The position numbers and the translations under genes were made by a program. Source: Candidatus Eiseniibacteriota bacterium (GTDB lineage Bacteria > Eisenbacteria > RBG-16-71-46 > CAVPCR01). From it: a DNA stretch of 64,000 nucleotides. The notes under the pieces were generated by a model, which saw only the letters and a program-made list of their open reading frames with translations, ran no database searches and was not told where the DNA came from. The stretch is from assembly GCA_963823555.1 (NCBI GenBank), contig CAWGMA010000003.1, positions 256,001 through 320,000 of the forward strand. The letters run 5' to 3'. Position 1 is the first letter of the stretch, and each line of letters opens with the position of its first letter. This document shows, one piece after another, positions 50,421 to 59,590 of the stretch.

Positions 50421-50998
50421 GAGTCTATTCTCTGCCTGCGATCTGAAGAATCGGAGCCGCCGCTGCCGCAGAGCGCGGCCACGAACGGTAGGTTGCGATA
50501 CTGCCCGGCGAGGTCCATCCCGTAGCCGATGACGAATCGGTTCGGAATGCGGAAGCCGATGAATTCCGGCTCCACAGCGTGCGGATCATCGATGTCCTTC
50601 ATGAGGAGGGCGCATACCTTGAGCGAGGCCGGATGGCGCAATTCCAGATAGTCGAGCAGGAAGCGCAAGGTGAGTCCGGTATCCACGATGTCTTCGACGA
50701 GGACCACATCCCGCCCCTTGACCTCGCTGCTCAGATCGTGCACCAGGCGCACGCGACCGCTTGATTCCGTGCGCTCGCCATAGCTCGACACGGCCAGGAA
50801 ATCGATCTCATGGGGCGTGGTCACCGCCCGCATGAGGTCTGAAAGGAACACGATGCCGCCCTTCAGAATGCTCACGAAGAGCGGATTCCTCCCCACGTAC
50901 TCCGCGGAAAGAACGGCCCCCATCTCGGCCACGCGCGCGGCGATGCGCTCGGCCGGAATCAGGACCTCGACCGCGCCCAGACCCGGCAGGGTGACCAG
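50417..50998 (-). CDS. hpt: Hypoxanthine phosphoribosyltransferase (probable CTG start at 50998)
   Basis: [25 protein letters not shown] and FVIGYGMD...YRNLP. Confidence 0.93.
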
Positions 50999-51009
50999 GG
51001 TCCCTTCCT

Positions 51010-52599
51010 CTACGACTTCAAGGCGGATATCCGTACCTCCACGGTCTCGACCGTGTTCGCAACCACGAGGGCATGGGCGCTCCGGCGACAGCCGGCCACC
51101 CACAGCACCCGTTCATCTTCGCCGCTCCCATCGACGAGGATGGGAACATGCGCCCGCAGGCGGCGGGGCACCCTCAGATCGATGAGGATGTCCTTGACCT
51201 TCTTGTCGGCCTCCATCCCCAGGGGGAGAATACGATCCCCCGCCCGCCGCGAGCGAATCGCCAGTGGCAACCGAAGCTCGGCGCGATTGAACACCGCCCG
51301 CGCGGGCGACTCTCCTTCCCCTCGTCCGACCCCCGCGGCTGTCCCCACACCGGTCACCGCCGGCGCCACCTTCCCGGTTCCAGAATAACCGCTAACCCTT
51401 TCATCGGCCGTCGATTCGGCGAGCTTGACGGGCCGCGACTCGATGCGCAGACCGAACTCGGAAAGGTCGATCGGACCCTCCAGGGGCAGGGGGGTGAAAG
51501 GGATGGGCTTGGCCTCTCCTGGGGGACCAGACCAGATGGATAGCTCGTTTCCTTCGCGGAGCCCAACCAGCTCGCCAGGGAGATCCACCTGACGACCGTG
51601 CCCCTGGGGAGCGGCCAGGGCCACCAGGGCGTCGACATGGTCGAATCCGATGCCGCGCAAGTCGTTGCGGAGAAGCAGGATGGCGTACCTCATGAGGTAT
51701 CGGCGCAGCACCTGATCGTATGAATTCAGGCGCGGGATATCAAGCACGACGCAGTCGGCGTGGGGCCCGGGGATCCGCGGCCAGGGGAGGTCCGGCCAGC
51801 ACGGATGCGATCGGCCCGTGGGCTCCGCCGCCTGACCGCGGTCGATCGGCCAGAGGGCGACCTCGGAGAAGACCTCCTCCACGCGTCGGGTCAGGTACTC
51901 GTCGACCTCGTGCATGAGCTCGGCGGTCCGCGACAGGGTGGCCACGATGGCCGGGTTGAATTCCGAGGCCAGGAGCGGCATCAGCACGTGTCGGGTGCGG
52001 TTCCGCGCCAGCCGGAGATCGCGATTGGTGCGATCGAGCCGGAATGCAATTCCGTGCTCGTTCAGGTAATCACGCGTGACATCGCGCGGCGTATCGAGCA
52101 TGGGACGCACCACGGCGGCTCCAGTGCGCTCGGCCAGGGAGGTCATGGCCTTGAGCCCGCGGGGACCGGCCCCGCGCATCAGGCGCATGAGCAGCGTTTC
52201 GGCCTGGTCATCCGCCGTATGTCCGATCACGATGTAGCGCGCCCGGTAGCGGTCTGCCACCTCGCCCAAGAAGGCGTAGCGCACGTTGCGAGCCGTCTCT
52301 TCCAGGCTCTCTCCGGGGCCTGGTCTCACCGGGCGGTAGGCGAATGCGGCCGGGATCCCCAGGCGTCCGGCGGTCTCACCGACCAGCGCCGCATCAGCGG
52401 TCGCCTCGTCGCCGCGCAGGCCATGGTCGAGATGGGCGACGACGAGATCGAGGTCGAGGGTCTTCTTGAGCTCCTCGAGCGCATGCAGCAGGGCCATCGA
52501 GTCCGGTCCACCGGAGACGGCAACGATGGCGACCCCGGGCTCCGGAAACAGCCGGCGGGTCCGGATCGTCTGGACCATCTGGCGCAGGAGCGAGTTCAT
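51010..52599 (-). CDS. tilS: tRNA(Ile)-lysidine synthase
   Basis: AVSGGPDSMAL, HLDHGLR, ARNVRY, GHTADDQAET, VRPML, RNRTR and C-terminal KKVKDILID. Confidence 0.95.
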   Translation of the reverse strand: MNSLLRQMVQTIRTRRLFPEPGVAIVAVSGGPDSMALLHALEELKKTLDLDLVVAHLDHGLRGDEATADAALVGETAGRLGIPAAFAYRPVRPGPGESLEETARNVRYAFLGEVADRYRARYIVIGHTADDQAETLLMRLMRGAGPRGLKAMTSLAERTGAAVVRPMLDTPRDVTRDYLNEHGIAFRLDRTNRDLRLARNRTRHVLMPLLASEFNPAIVATLSRTAELMHEVDEYLTRRVEEVFSEVALWPIDRGQAAEPTGRSHPCWPDLPWPRIPGPHADCVVLDIPRLNSYDQVLRRYLMRYAILLLRNDLRGIGFDHVDALVALAAPQGHGRQVDLPGELVGLREGNELSIWSGPPGEAKPIPFTPLPLEGPIDLSEFGLRIESRPVKLAESTADERVSGYSGTGKVAPAVTGVGTAAGVGRGEGESPARAVFNRAELRLPLAIRSRRAGDRILPLGMEADKKVKDILIDLRVPRRLRAHVPILVDGSGEDERVLWVAGCRRSAHALVVANTVETVEVRISALKS

Positions 52600-52622
52600 C
52601 ACAGGAATGATATGCTGACCGG
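52600..52622. promoter_or_regulatory. 23-bp bidirectional promoter with overlapping -10 boxes for tilS and pduO
   Basis: Plus strand: TG-A-TATGCT (52611-52616), 6 nt, then ATG. Minus strand: TATCAT (52612-52607), 7 nt, then ATG. Confidence 0.6.
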
Positions 52623-53183
52623 ATGAAGATCTACACACGAACCGGTGACCAGGGCGACACCGGTCTCATCGGCGGGGGGCGGGTCCGCAAGAGCATACCG
52701 CGGGTGGCCGCCTACGGAACCGTCGACGAACTCAACGCGACGCTCGGGCTCGCGCTCGCCGAACTCAACGAGAATCCTCATGCCCAGGCCCTCGTCCGGA
52801 TCCAGAACGCGCTGTTCTCGCTTGGCGCGGAGCTGGCCACGGTGGCGCCCCGCGCCGGATCAGAGCACCGGATTGCCCTGCTCGATGCCACGGAGACTTC
52901 CTGGCTCGAGGCGGAAATCGACCGCCTCACCGACGGCTTACCCCCGCTCAAGCACTTCATCTTGCCCGGCGGCACGCGCGCGGCGGCGAGCCTTCACCTG
53001 GCGCGGACCGTCTGCCGGCGGGCCGAGCGCACGATCGTGACCCTGGCCGCGACGGAACCCGTCCGCGGCGAGATCCTCGCCTACGTGAACCGGCTCTCCG
53101 ATTACCTCTTCGTCCTGGCCCGGGCCGTGAACTCGAGCGCGGGCCAGCCCGAGCCCATCTGGCTGGGGCGAGACGCCGGCTGA
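52623..53183 (+). CDS. pduO: PduO-type ATP:cob(I)alamin adenosyltransferase
   Basis: MKIYTRTGDQGDT, YGTVDELN, FILPGG, RTVCRRAER and YVNRLSDYLF. Confidence 0.93.
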   Translation: MKIYTRTGDQGDTGLIGGGRVRKSIPRVAAYGTVDELNATLGLALAELNENPHAQALVRIQNALFSLGAELATVAPRAGSEHRIALLDATETSWLEAEIDRLTDGLPPLKHFILPGGTRAAASLHLARTVCRRAERTIVTLAATEPVRGEILAYVNRLSDYLFVLARAVNSSAGQPEPIWLGRDAG

Positions 53184-53205
53184 CCCGAAATCCGGCTTGC
53201 GGATC

Positions 53206-54324
53206 CTAGGCCGCCGCTCCGGACTTCTTCGGCTCGATCCAGTCCTTCTCCTTGGTGAGGCTCGCGATGAGCTTCTCATCCTCGGCGCCCGGGAGCACTT
53301 CGGCCAGGTGGCGCGCGTGCTCGTCGGCGGACAGGGGCTCGCCGTCGACGCTCACGAGCGCTCCGGCATGGTCGCCGATCTTGCGGTTGAAACGCATATC
53401 GGGGGTGTAGAGGGGCGGCTGCCCTTCGGCGACGACCTTGTTGAGTCCCTGGATGAGCTCGTCGACCTCGTCGTGGTACTGGCTCCGCGCTCGATCGTTG
53501 AGCGATGTGCGATCGGGTTCCTCGCTGCACTCCTCCTCGTCATACCGTCCCTTCAAGCCCCACAGGTACGCCCACTCGGCCGACGTCGAGTGATCGACGC
53601 CGAACAGGTCGTAGGCGGTCGGGATCCACTTGTTGAGATACCGCTGGACGACAGTCGACGGAACACGCCCCGCCTTGAGGATCCGGCGCAAGCCGTTGTT
53701 GCCCGTGCCCATGTGGAACTGCTCTTCCTTGAGCATGGCGCGTACCGAACGGGCCAGCGGGGCGAACGAGCTGGTCGAGAGCATCTTGAGCTGGAACTTG
53801 CCGTCGCGATCGACGAAGTTGGTATAGGTGAAGAAGTCCAGCCAGTCGTTGACCGGCTCGTTGAACGAACCCAGGAGCCGGGTATGGTTGAAAGCGCGGC
53901 GCTCCAGCTGCTTCTGGGCCTCGATTCGTCCCGACTCGCCGAAGTACTGCACCATCAGGTAGCACATCTGCCAGCCGTGTCGCATCTCCTCGACGTTGAC
54001 CCGGAGCAGGGAATAGAGGTCATAGTCGCTGGGAGCGGCCGCCACCAGGTTGCGCTGCTGCTCGACCGAGGCGAACTCGGTATCGCTCTGATAGACGATG
54101 AGGTGCAAGAGGGCGTCACGGATGCGCTGATCGGGAATCTGCAGCACCGTCTCCCACTTCGAGCGGCCGCGGTAGCCGCCGAACTGGATCTCATCGGTCG
54201 GCAGATCGGCGAACTTGATGTCGAGGACGAAGTCCTTGATCATTTCCTTGTCATAGCCGATGTCGACGAGCCACTGATCGAAGAGGGCGATCCAGTCGTC
54301 GAAGGTGGCAATGCGCGAAGCCAT
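53206..54324 (-). CDS. boxB: BoxB-like di-iron aromatic-CoA epoxidase subunit (PaaA/PaaC family), short form
   Basis: QSDTEFASVEQQR, APSDYDL, VNVEEMRH, RLLGSFN, DWLDFF...VDRDGKFQL, FAPLAR, EEQFH and GLKGRY. Confidence 0.8.
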   Translation of the reverse strand: MASRIATFDDWIALFDQWLVDIGYDKEMIKDFVLDIKFADLPTDEIQFGGYRGRSKWETVLQIPDQRIRDALLHLIVYQSDTEFASVEQQRNLVAAAPSDYDLYSLLRVNVEEMRHGWQMCYLMVQYFGESGRIEAQKQLERRAFNHTRLLGSFNEPVNDWLDFFTYTNFVDRDGKFQLKMLSTSSFAPLARSVRAMLKEEQFHMGTGNNGLRRILKAGRVPSTVVQRYLNKWIPTAYDLFGVDHSTSAEWAYLWGLKGRYDEEECSEEPDRTSLNDRARSQYHDEVDELIQGLNKVVAEGQPPLYTPDMRFNRKIGDHAGALVSVDGEPLSADEHARHLAEVLPGAEDEKLIASLTKEKDWIEPKKSGAAA

Positions 54325-54332
54325 CTCGATTC

Positions 54333-55046
54333 CTATCCTTTCTCGTTAATGGTCACCCGCTCCGGAGCGTCGATCGTCGCGGAATCGGCGCCGGCGCCCG
54401 CTGGTCGGGCGATGGCCTCTTCAGCCCGGACGAAACCCCGGAGGAAGATCTCGCTCATCATCTCGGCAATCGATTCGATGCCGGGGTCCTCTCCCGTCAT
54501 GTGATCGCCATCGCCCGGCCCCCGATACCAGGTATAGATCCAGTTCATCATCCCGAACAGCGAGAGCGCTGCGACACGCGGTTCCCCGGTGCTTCCGCCA
54601 TGGCGTGCGGGCCGGCCGTCGGCACGGAGCCCGGACACGATCGCGGTGGCCAAGGAAACGTAGGCTCGCTTCCGCTCCTGGATGCGCTGCCGGAACTCGC
54701 CGCTGAGGGAGTCCGACTCGTGGCTCAAGACCTTCATCTCGGTCAGGTGCTGAGCGAAGTAGCTCAGGTGGCTCCGCACGAACTGACGGAGCCGTTCTTC
54801 GGGAGGAGCCACGAGCTCGGTGCTCGCCCGCGCGCCCTCGATCACCGTATCGAGAGTGCGTGCCGAGACCTCGAACAGGATCTCCTCCTTGGTCGGAAAG
54901 TAGTAGTACAACCCCGCCAGGCTCGAACCGGCGCCGCGCGCGATGTCGCGCATCGTGGCCCGGTGGTATCCGTTCTCGGCGAAGATGCGTGCGGCGACGC
55001 CGAGGAGGGCTTCTCGCCGATCCTGGTAGCGGGGGGTGTTGGCCAT
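54333..55046 (-). CDS. TetR-family regulator (PaaR/KstR2-like)
   Basis: FAENGYHRATMRDIA, GLYYYFPTKEEIL and GMMNWIYTWY. Confidence 0.9.
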   Translation of the reverse strand: MANTPRYQDRREALLGVAARIFAENGYHRATMRDIARGAGSSLAGLYYYFPTKEEILFEVSARTLDTVIEGARASTELVAPPEERLRQFVRSHLSYFAQHLTEMKVLSHESDSLSGEFRQRIQERKRAYVSLATAIVSGLRADGRPARHGGSTGEPRVAALSLFGMMNWIYTWYRGPGDGDHMTGEDPGIESIAEMMSEIFLRGFVRAEEAIARPAGAGADSATIDAPERVTINEKG

Positions 55047-55070
55047 CTCACTTCTTGGGAGGGAGCCGTT

Positions 55071-55117
55071 CGGACGTTCGTTCGAAGAAATTACCGGATA
55101 GGCCGGGATGGCGTCAA
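55071..55117 (-). promoter_or_regulatory. tetR-boxB promoter (TTGACG-18 nt-TAATTT) with the operator-like pseudo-palindrome CGGACGTTCGTTCG at the start site
   Basis: -35 at 55117-55112, -10 at 55093-55088 and operator at 55071-55084. Confidence 0.6.
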
Positions 55118-55227
55118 GCCGGGACCCTCTTCCAGGCCTGTTGAGATAGCGTAAGCTATTGTCAGTCTGATTGTTATAGGCACGCGACGGAGATGGCTGA
55201 GAGCACGTTGCAGGCCTGGCGGGGCGA

Positions 55228-55256
55228 TTGACATTCCGGGCATCTGGCCTTAGCGT
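55228..55256 (+). promoter_or_regulatory. Promoter TTGACA-17 nt-TAGCGT for the ALDH-crotonase operon
   Basis: Seen in sequence. Confidence 0.6.
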
Positions 55257-55411
55257 TAGCGCTTTCCGACGGCCAATCCCGGGCCGGCCGCCTGCGGCAA
55301 GTTGGAGCCGGCGGGCACCCCGCTGGCTCTGGGTCGCGAGGACTCCCGTCTCGCCCTGCGCGTTTCTCGAGAAGCCTCCCTGGCTCGAGATCCAACCCGA
55401 TCGAGGAAGAC

Positions 55412-56872
55412 ATGTCCCAGGCAGTACGTGAACGGCTCCGTCCGGGCCAGCTCTGGATCGGCGGCAGCGCCGGAAGCGCCCAGAACGGAAGGACCTACCC
55501 GGTTTACGAGCCGGCCTTGGGCGAGGTGCTCACCGAGGTCGCCGAGGCCGGGGTCGAGGATGTCGATCGTGCCGTCCGGGCCGCCCGGGAGGCCTTCGAC
55601 AGCGGGCCCTGGGCCAAGCTGGCTCCGAGCGAGCGCGGCCGACTCCTGTGGCGGCTGGCCGATCTCGTCGAGGCCGACGCGGACGCGATCGCCACGATCG
55701 AGACCCGAAACCAGGGCAAGACGATCTTCGAGTCGCGGAAGATCGAGGTGCCGCTGGTTGCCGATTGCTTCCGCTTCTATGCCGGGGCGACGACCAAGAT
55801 CCACGGCGAGACCATCCCGACCCGCAGGAGCGCGTTCAACTACACGCTGCGCGAGCCGGTCGGTGTGGTCGGCGCCATCGTTCCATGGAACTTCCCTCTC
55901 CTCATCGCCACGTGGAAGATCGCGCCCGCGCTCGCCGCCGGGTGCACGGTGGTCTTGAAGCCGGCCACCCCGACCCCGCTCTCCGCGCTCCGGCTCGCCG
56001 AGCTCGCGCGCGAGGCCGGAATCCCGGATGGGGTCCTCAACGTCGTCCCCGGCAAGGGATCGGTCGCCGGCAACGCGCTCGTCGAGCATCCGCTCGTCGA
56101 CAAGATCGCCTTCACCGGATCCACCGAGGTCGGGCGCGAGATCATGCGGCGGGCCGCCGGCACGGTGAAACGCGTCTCGCTCGAGCTCGGCGGCAAGTCG
56201 CCGAACATCGTGCTCGCGGACGCCGACATCGACGCCGCGGTCAAGGGCGCTCTGAACGGCATCTTCTACAACAAGGGCGAGGTGTGCGCTGCGGGATCCC
56301 GGCTCCTGGTCGCGGCGGAGATCCATGAGGAGGTCGTGGCGCGGCTCAAGCAGAAGGTCGACGGCATGGTCCTCGGGGATCCCCTCGATCCGAAGACGCG
56401 CATGGGTCCGCAGGTGTCCGCGGATCAGATGGACGTGATCCTCCGCTACATCGACAGCGGCAAGCGCGAGGGCGCGCGTGTGGTCACCGGCGGCGAACGG
56501 CATGGCAGCGTGGGCTACTTCGTCAAGCCCACGGTCTTCGACCAGGTCGAGCCGGGGATGACCATCGCCCGCGAGGAGATCTTCGGTCCGGTCCTCGCCG
56601 TGATCGCGGTCCAGGACGCCGACGATGCCGTGGCCAAGGCCAACGACACCATGTACGGCCTTGCCGCCGCGGTGTGGACCCGCGACATCGGACAGGCCCA
56701 TCGCGTGGCGCGCGCGCTCCACGCGGGGACCGTGTGGGTCAACACCTACGGCATCTATGACAATGCCGTTCCCTTCGGGGGCGTGAAGCAATCAGGCTTC
56801 GGCCGCGACATGGGGATGGAAGCCCTCGAGCAATACACGCATGTGAAGAGTGTCTGGGTGGACCTCGGCTGA
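55412..56872 (+). CDS. Aldehyde dehydrogenase
   Basis: IVPWNFP, LKPA, FTGSTEVG, ELGGKSP, GEVCAAG, EEIFGP and PFGGVKQSGFGR. Confidence 0.95.
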   Translation: MSQAVRERLRPGQLWIGGSAGSAQNGRTYPVYEPALGEVLTEVAEAGVEDVDRAVRAAREAFDSGPWAKLAPSERGRLLWRLADLVEADADAIATIETRNQGKTIFESRKIEVPLVADCFRFYAGATTKIHGETIPTRRSAFNYTLREPVGVVGAIVPWNFPLLIATWKIAPALAAGCTVVLKPATPTPLSALRLAELAREAGIPDGVLNVVPGKGSVAGNALVEHPLVDKIAFTGSTEVGREIMRRAAGTVKRVSLELGGKSPNIVLADADIDAAVKGALNGIFYNKGEVCAAGSRLLVAAEIHEEVVARLKQKVDGMVLGDPLDPKTRMGPQVSADQMDVILRYIDSGKREGARVVTGGERHGSVGYFVKPTVFDQVEPGMTIAREEIFGPVLAVIAVQDADDAVAKANDTMYGLAAAVWTRDIGQAHRVARALHAGTVWVNTYGIYDNAVPFGGVKQSGFGRDMGMEALEQYTHVKSVWVDLG

Positions 56873-56923
56873 GGCCGCGCGGACGCAGAAGACCCGAGAC
56901 GAAACAAGGAGCGACGACCGAAC

Positions 56924-57739
56924 ATGGCCCAGCAGATGGTTGCCACCGAGACCAAGCTCATCCACTACCGCACCGAGAAGGGGATCGCTGTCATCGAGAT
57001 GGACGACCCGCCGGCGAACACCTATACCTACGAGATGATGCTGCAGCTCGACGAAGCGATTCTCAAGGCGCGCATGGATGATGACGTGCACGTGATCCTG
57101 CTGCGCGGGAAGGGCGACAAGTTCTTCTCGGCGGGTGCCAACATCCAGATGCTCACCGAGGTCACGCCGCAGTTCAAGTACTACTTCTGTCTCCACGCCA
57201 ACGAGACCCTGAGCCGCCTCGAGCAGACCCCGAAGCTCGTGATCGCGGCCTTGAACGGGCACACGGTGGGCGGCGGGCTCGAGATCGCGATGGCGGCCGA
57301 CATGCGCATCGCGCGCAAGGACGGCGGCAAGATCGGGCTCCCCGAGGTCACCCTCGGGGTGCTGCCCGGCACGGGCGGCACGCAGCGCCTGGCCCGCCTC
57401 ATCGGCAAGCCGAAGGCGATCGAGCTCATGGTGACCGGTCGCACCTTCTCCTTCGAGGAGGCGGTCGACATGGGGCTCGTGAACCAGATCATCGCCGGAT
57501 CGCCCGAGGACTTCATGCGCCAGGTGATGGAGTATGCCGGTCAGTTCGTGCCGCCGAACAAGGCAGCGAAGGCGGTCGGGCGCATCAAGCGCGCCGTGCA
57601 GTCCGGTCCGGAGTGCGGTTTCGGCGAGGGGCTGGCCATCGAGCGCGAGCTGCAGCAGCAGCTATTCCAGTCGGATGATGCCAAGGAGGGGCTCAACGCC
57701 TACGTGACCAAGCGGATCCCGACCTTCCGCGGCGAGTAG
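56924..57739 (+). CDS. Single-domain crotonase resembling the N-terminal half of BoxC (2,3-epoxybenzoyl-CoA dihydrolase)
   Basis: FSAGANIQML, K..FC...NET, GGGLEIA and LPEVTLGVLPGTGGTQRL. Confidence 0.8.
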   Translation: MAQQMVATETKLIHYRTEKGIAVIEMDDPPANTYTYEMMLQLDEAILKARMDDDVHVILLRGKGDKFFSAGANIQMLTEVTPQFKYYFCLHANETLSRLEQTPKLVIAALNGHTVGGGLEIAMAADMRIARKDGGKIGLPEVTLGVLPGTGGTQRLARLIGKPKAIELMVTGRTFSFEEAVDMGLVNQIIAGSPEDFMRQVMEYAGQFVPPNKAAKAVGRIKRAVQSGPECGFGEGLAIERELQQQLFQSDDAKEGLNAYVTKRIPTFRGE

Positions 57740-57781
57740 CGACCGCGGCGGCCGCCGGCATAGCCAGGACGGGGAGGCGAG

Positions 57782-58609
57782 ATGGACGACACGCGGGCGA
57801 GCAGGCTCGGTGCGAACGAGCAGGTCGACGCCGGCGGTTCCACCGGGACCGGCATCGACCTCGACGAGCTCATGATCGTCGCCGGAGCACGGGAGATCCA
57901 GGACGGCGAGATCGTCTTCGTCGGCATGCGCTTGCCGATGATCGCCTTCCATCTCGCCAAGCTCACCCATGCCCCGCGCGCGATCGCGCTCTACGAGAAC
58001 GGGGTCGTGCGCGATCACCCGGCCACCACGCCGATCGTCACCATGGCGGACCCGCCCAACCTGCGCGGCGCCTCCATGTGCTCCGACCTGCAGGGGGTGA
58101 TGAGTCTCCTGCAGCAAGGGCGTGTCGACGTCGGTTTCCTCGGTGCCGGGGAGGTCGATCGCTTCGGCAACCTGAACTCGACGCTGGTCCCCGGCGAGGA
58201 CGGCGACAAACGCTTGCCGGGAAGCGGTGGGGCTGCCGACATCGCCTGCCTCGCCCGGCGCACCGTGATTCTCCTGCCGCACGAACGCCGTCGCTTCCCC
58301 GAGCGCGTGCACTATGTCACGGGCCCCGGGCACGGCGATGGGCCGGGGTGGCGCGAGCGGATCGGTCTGCCTCCCGGCGGGCCCTCCGCCATCATCACCG
58401 ATCTGGCCGTCCTGCGCTTCGCGGACGACGGCGAGGCCTATCTGGCGAGCGTGCACCCCGGAGTGAGCACCGAGCAGGTGCTCGCGGCCACCGGGTGGCC
58501 GCTCCGGGTGCGCGAGCCGGTCATGGTCACTCCTGCACCGACCGTGCGCGAGCGCAATCTCCTGACCGAGATCGATCCCGAGCAGTTCTGGACGAGACGT
58601 CGCCCATGA
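57782..58609 (+). CDS. CoA-transferase beta subunit (GctB/PcaJ-like)
   Basis: VFVG.RLP, THAP...YENG (catalytic Glu), FLGAGEVDRFGNLNS, LPGSGGA and VHPG. Confidence 0.88.
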   Translation: MDDTRASRLGANEQVDAGGSTGTGIDLDELMIVAGAREIQDGEIVFVGMRLPMIAFHLAKLTHAPRAIALYENGVVRDHPATTPIVTMADPPNLRGASMCSDLQGVMSLLQQGRVDVGFLGAGEVDRFGNLNSTLVPGEDGDKRLPGSGGAADIACLARRTVILLPHERRRFPERVHYVTGPGHGDGPGWRERIGLPPGGPSAIITDLAVLRFADDGEAYLASVHPGVSTEQVLAATGWPLRVREPVMVTPAPTVRERNLLTEIDPEQFWTRRRP

Positions 58610-58663
58610 CGGCGCGCAGGCTACTGCGATGAGTTCTTGGTTGCTGACCTCGAGAGGACCAGA

Positions 58664-59590
58664 ATGACAGCAGATGTTCAGCTGCGCCGGGTAGCGGTGA
58701 TCGGCGGCGGCACGATGGGGCGCGGCATCGCCCAGGTCTCGGCGCTCGGCGGCATGGAGACGATGCTCTACGACGTCGACGAGGCTGCTCTGTCCCGCGC
58801 GCGGGCGGCGATCGAAACGTCTCTCGCCAAGGGTGTCGAGCGCGGCAAGGTGGAGGCGGCGGCGGCGGCCGCCGCCCGCCAGAACCTACGTTTGACCACG
58901 CGTCTGGAGGATGCGGCGCGCGGTGTCGATCTGGTCATCGAGGCCGTACCCGAGGACATCGCGCTCAAGATCGAGATGTTCCGGGCGCTGTCTCGTCTGG
59001 CGCCGCCGCACGCGGTTCTCGCCACCAATACCTCCGCTCTCTCCATCACCGAGATCGCCGGATCGATCGAGCGCCCGGAACGGGTGATCGGCATGCACTT
59101 CTTCAATCCGGTGCATCTCATGCGCCTGGTCGAGGTGGTGCGCGCCTTGCAGACCTCGGAGACCACCCATGCGCTGGCCTTCGCTGCGGCGCGCCGCATG
59201 GGGAAGGAGCCCATCGCAATCTCCGAGGCCCCGGGATTCGTCACGACCCGCATCAATGCGCTCATCGGCAATGAAGCCTTCTACCTCCTGCAGGAGGGAG
59301 TGGCTTCGGCCGCCGATATCGACAAGGCGCTCAGGCTGGGGCTCAACCATCCCATGGGGCCCTTCGAGCTCGTCGACCTGGTCGGTCTCGACACCCGCCT
59401 CTCGATCCTCCAGTTCCTCTATCGGACGCTCGGCGAGAAGTACCGGCCCTGCCCGTTGCTCGAGAAGTACGTCAAGGCCGGGCGTCTGGGGCGGAAGGTG
59501 GGGCGGGGAGTCTACGACTACCCCGAAGAGCAGGCCGCGGCCAAGGGCAAGGTCCCGCAAGCCGCGGATCGCGCCGCGTCTACAGCTTGA
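58664..59590 (+). CDS. 3-hydroxyacyl-CoA dehydrogenase
   Basis: GGGTMGRGIA, IEAVPE, ATNTS, GMHFFNPV, PGF..TR, HPMGP and GRLGRK.G.G.Y.Y. Confidence 0.93.
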   Translation: MTADVQLRRVAVIGGGTMGRGIAQVSALGGMETMLYDVDEAALSRARAAIETSLAKGVERGKVEAAAAAAARQNLRLTTRLEDAARGVDLVIEAVPEDIALKIEMFRALSRLAPPHAVLATNTSALSITEIAGSIERPERVIGMHFFNPVHLMRLVEVVRALQTSETTHALAFAAARRMGKEPIAISEAPGFVTTRINALIGNEAFYLLQEGVASAADIDKALRLGLNHPMGPFELVDLVGLDTRLSILQFLYRTLGEKYRPCPLLEKYVKAGRLGRKVGRGVYDYPEEQAAAKGKVPQAADRAASTA

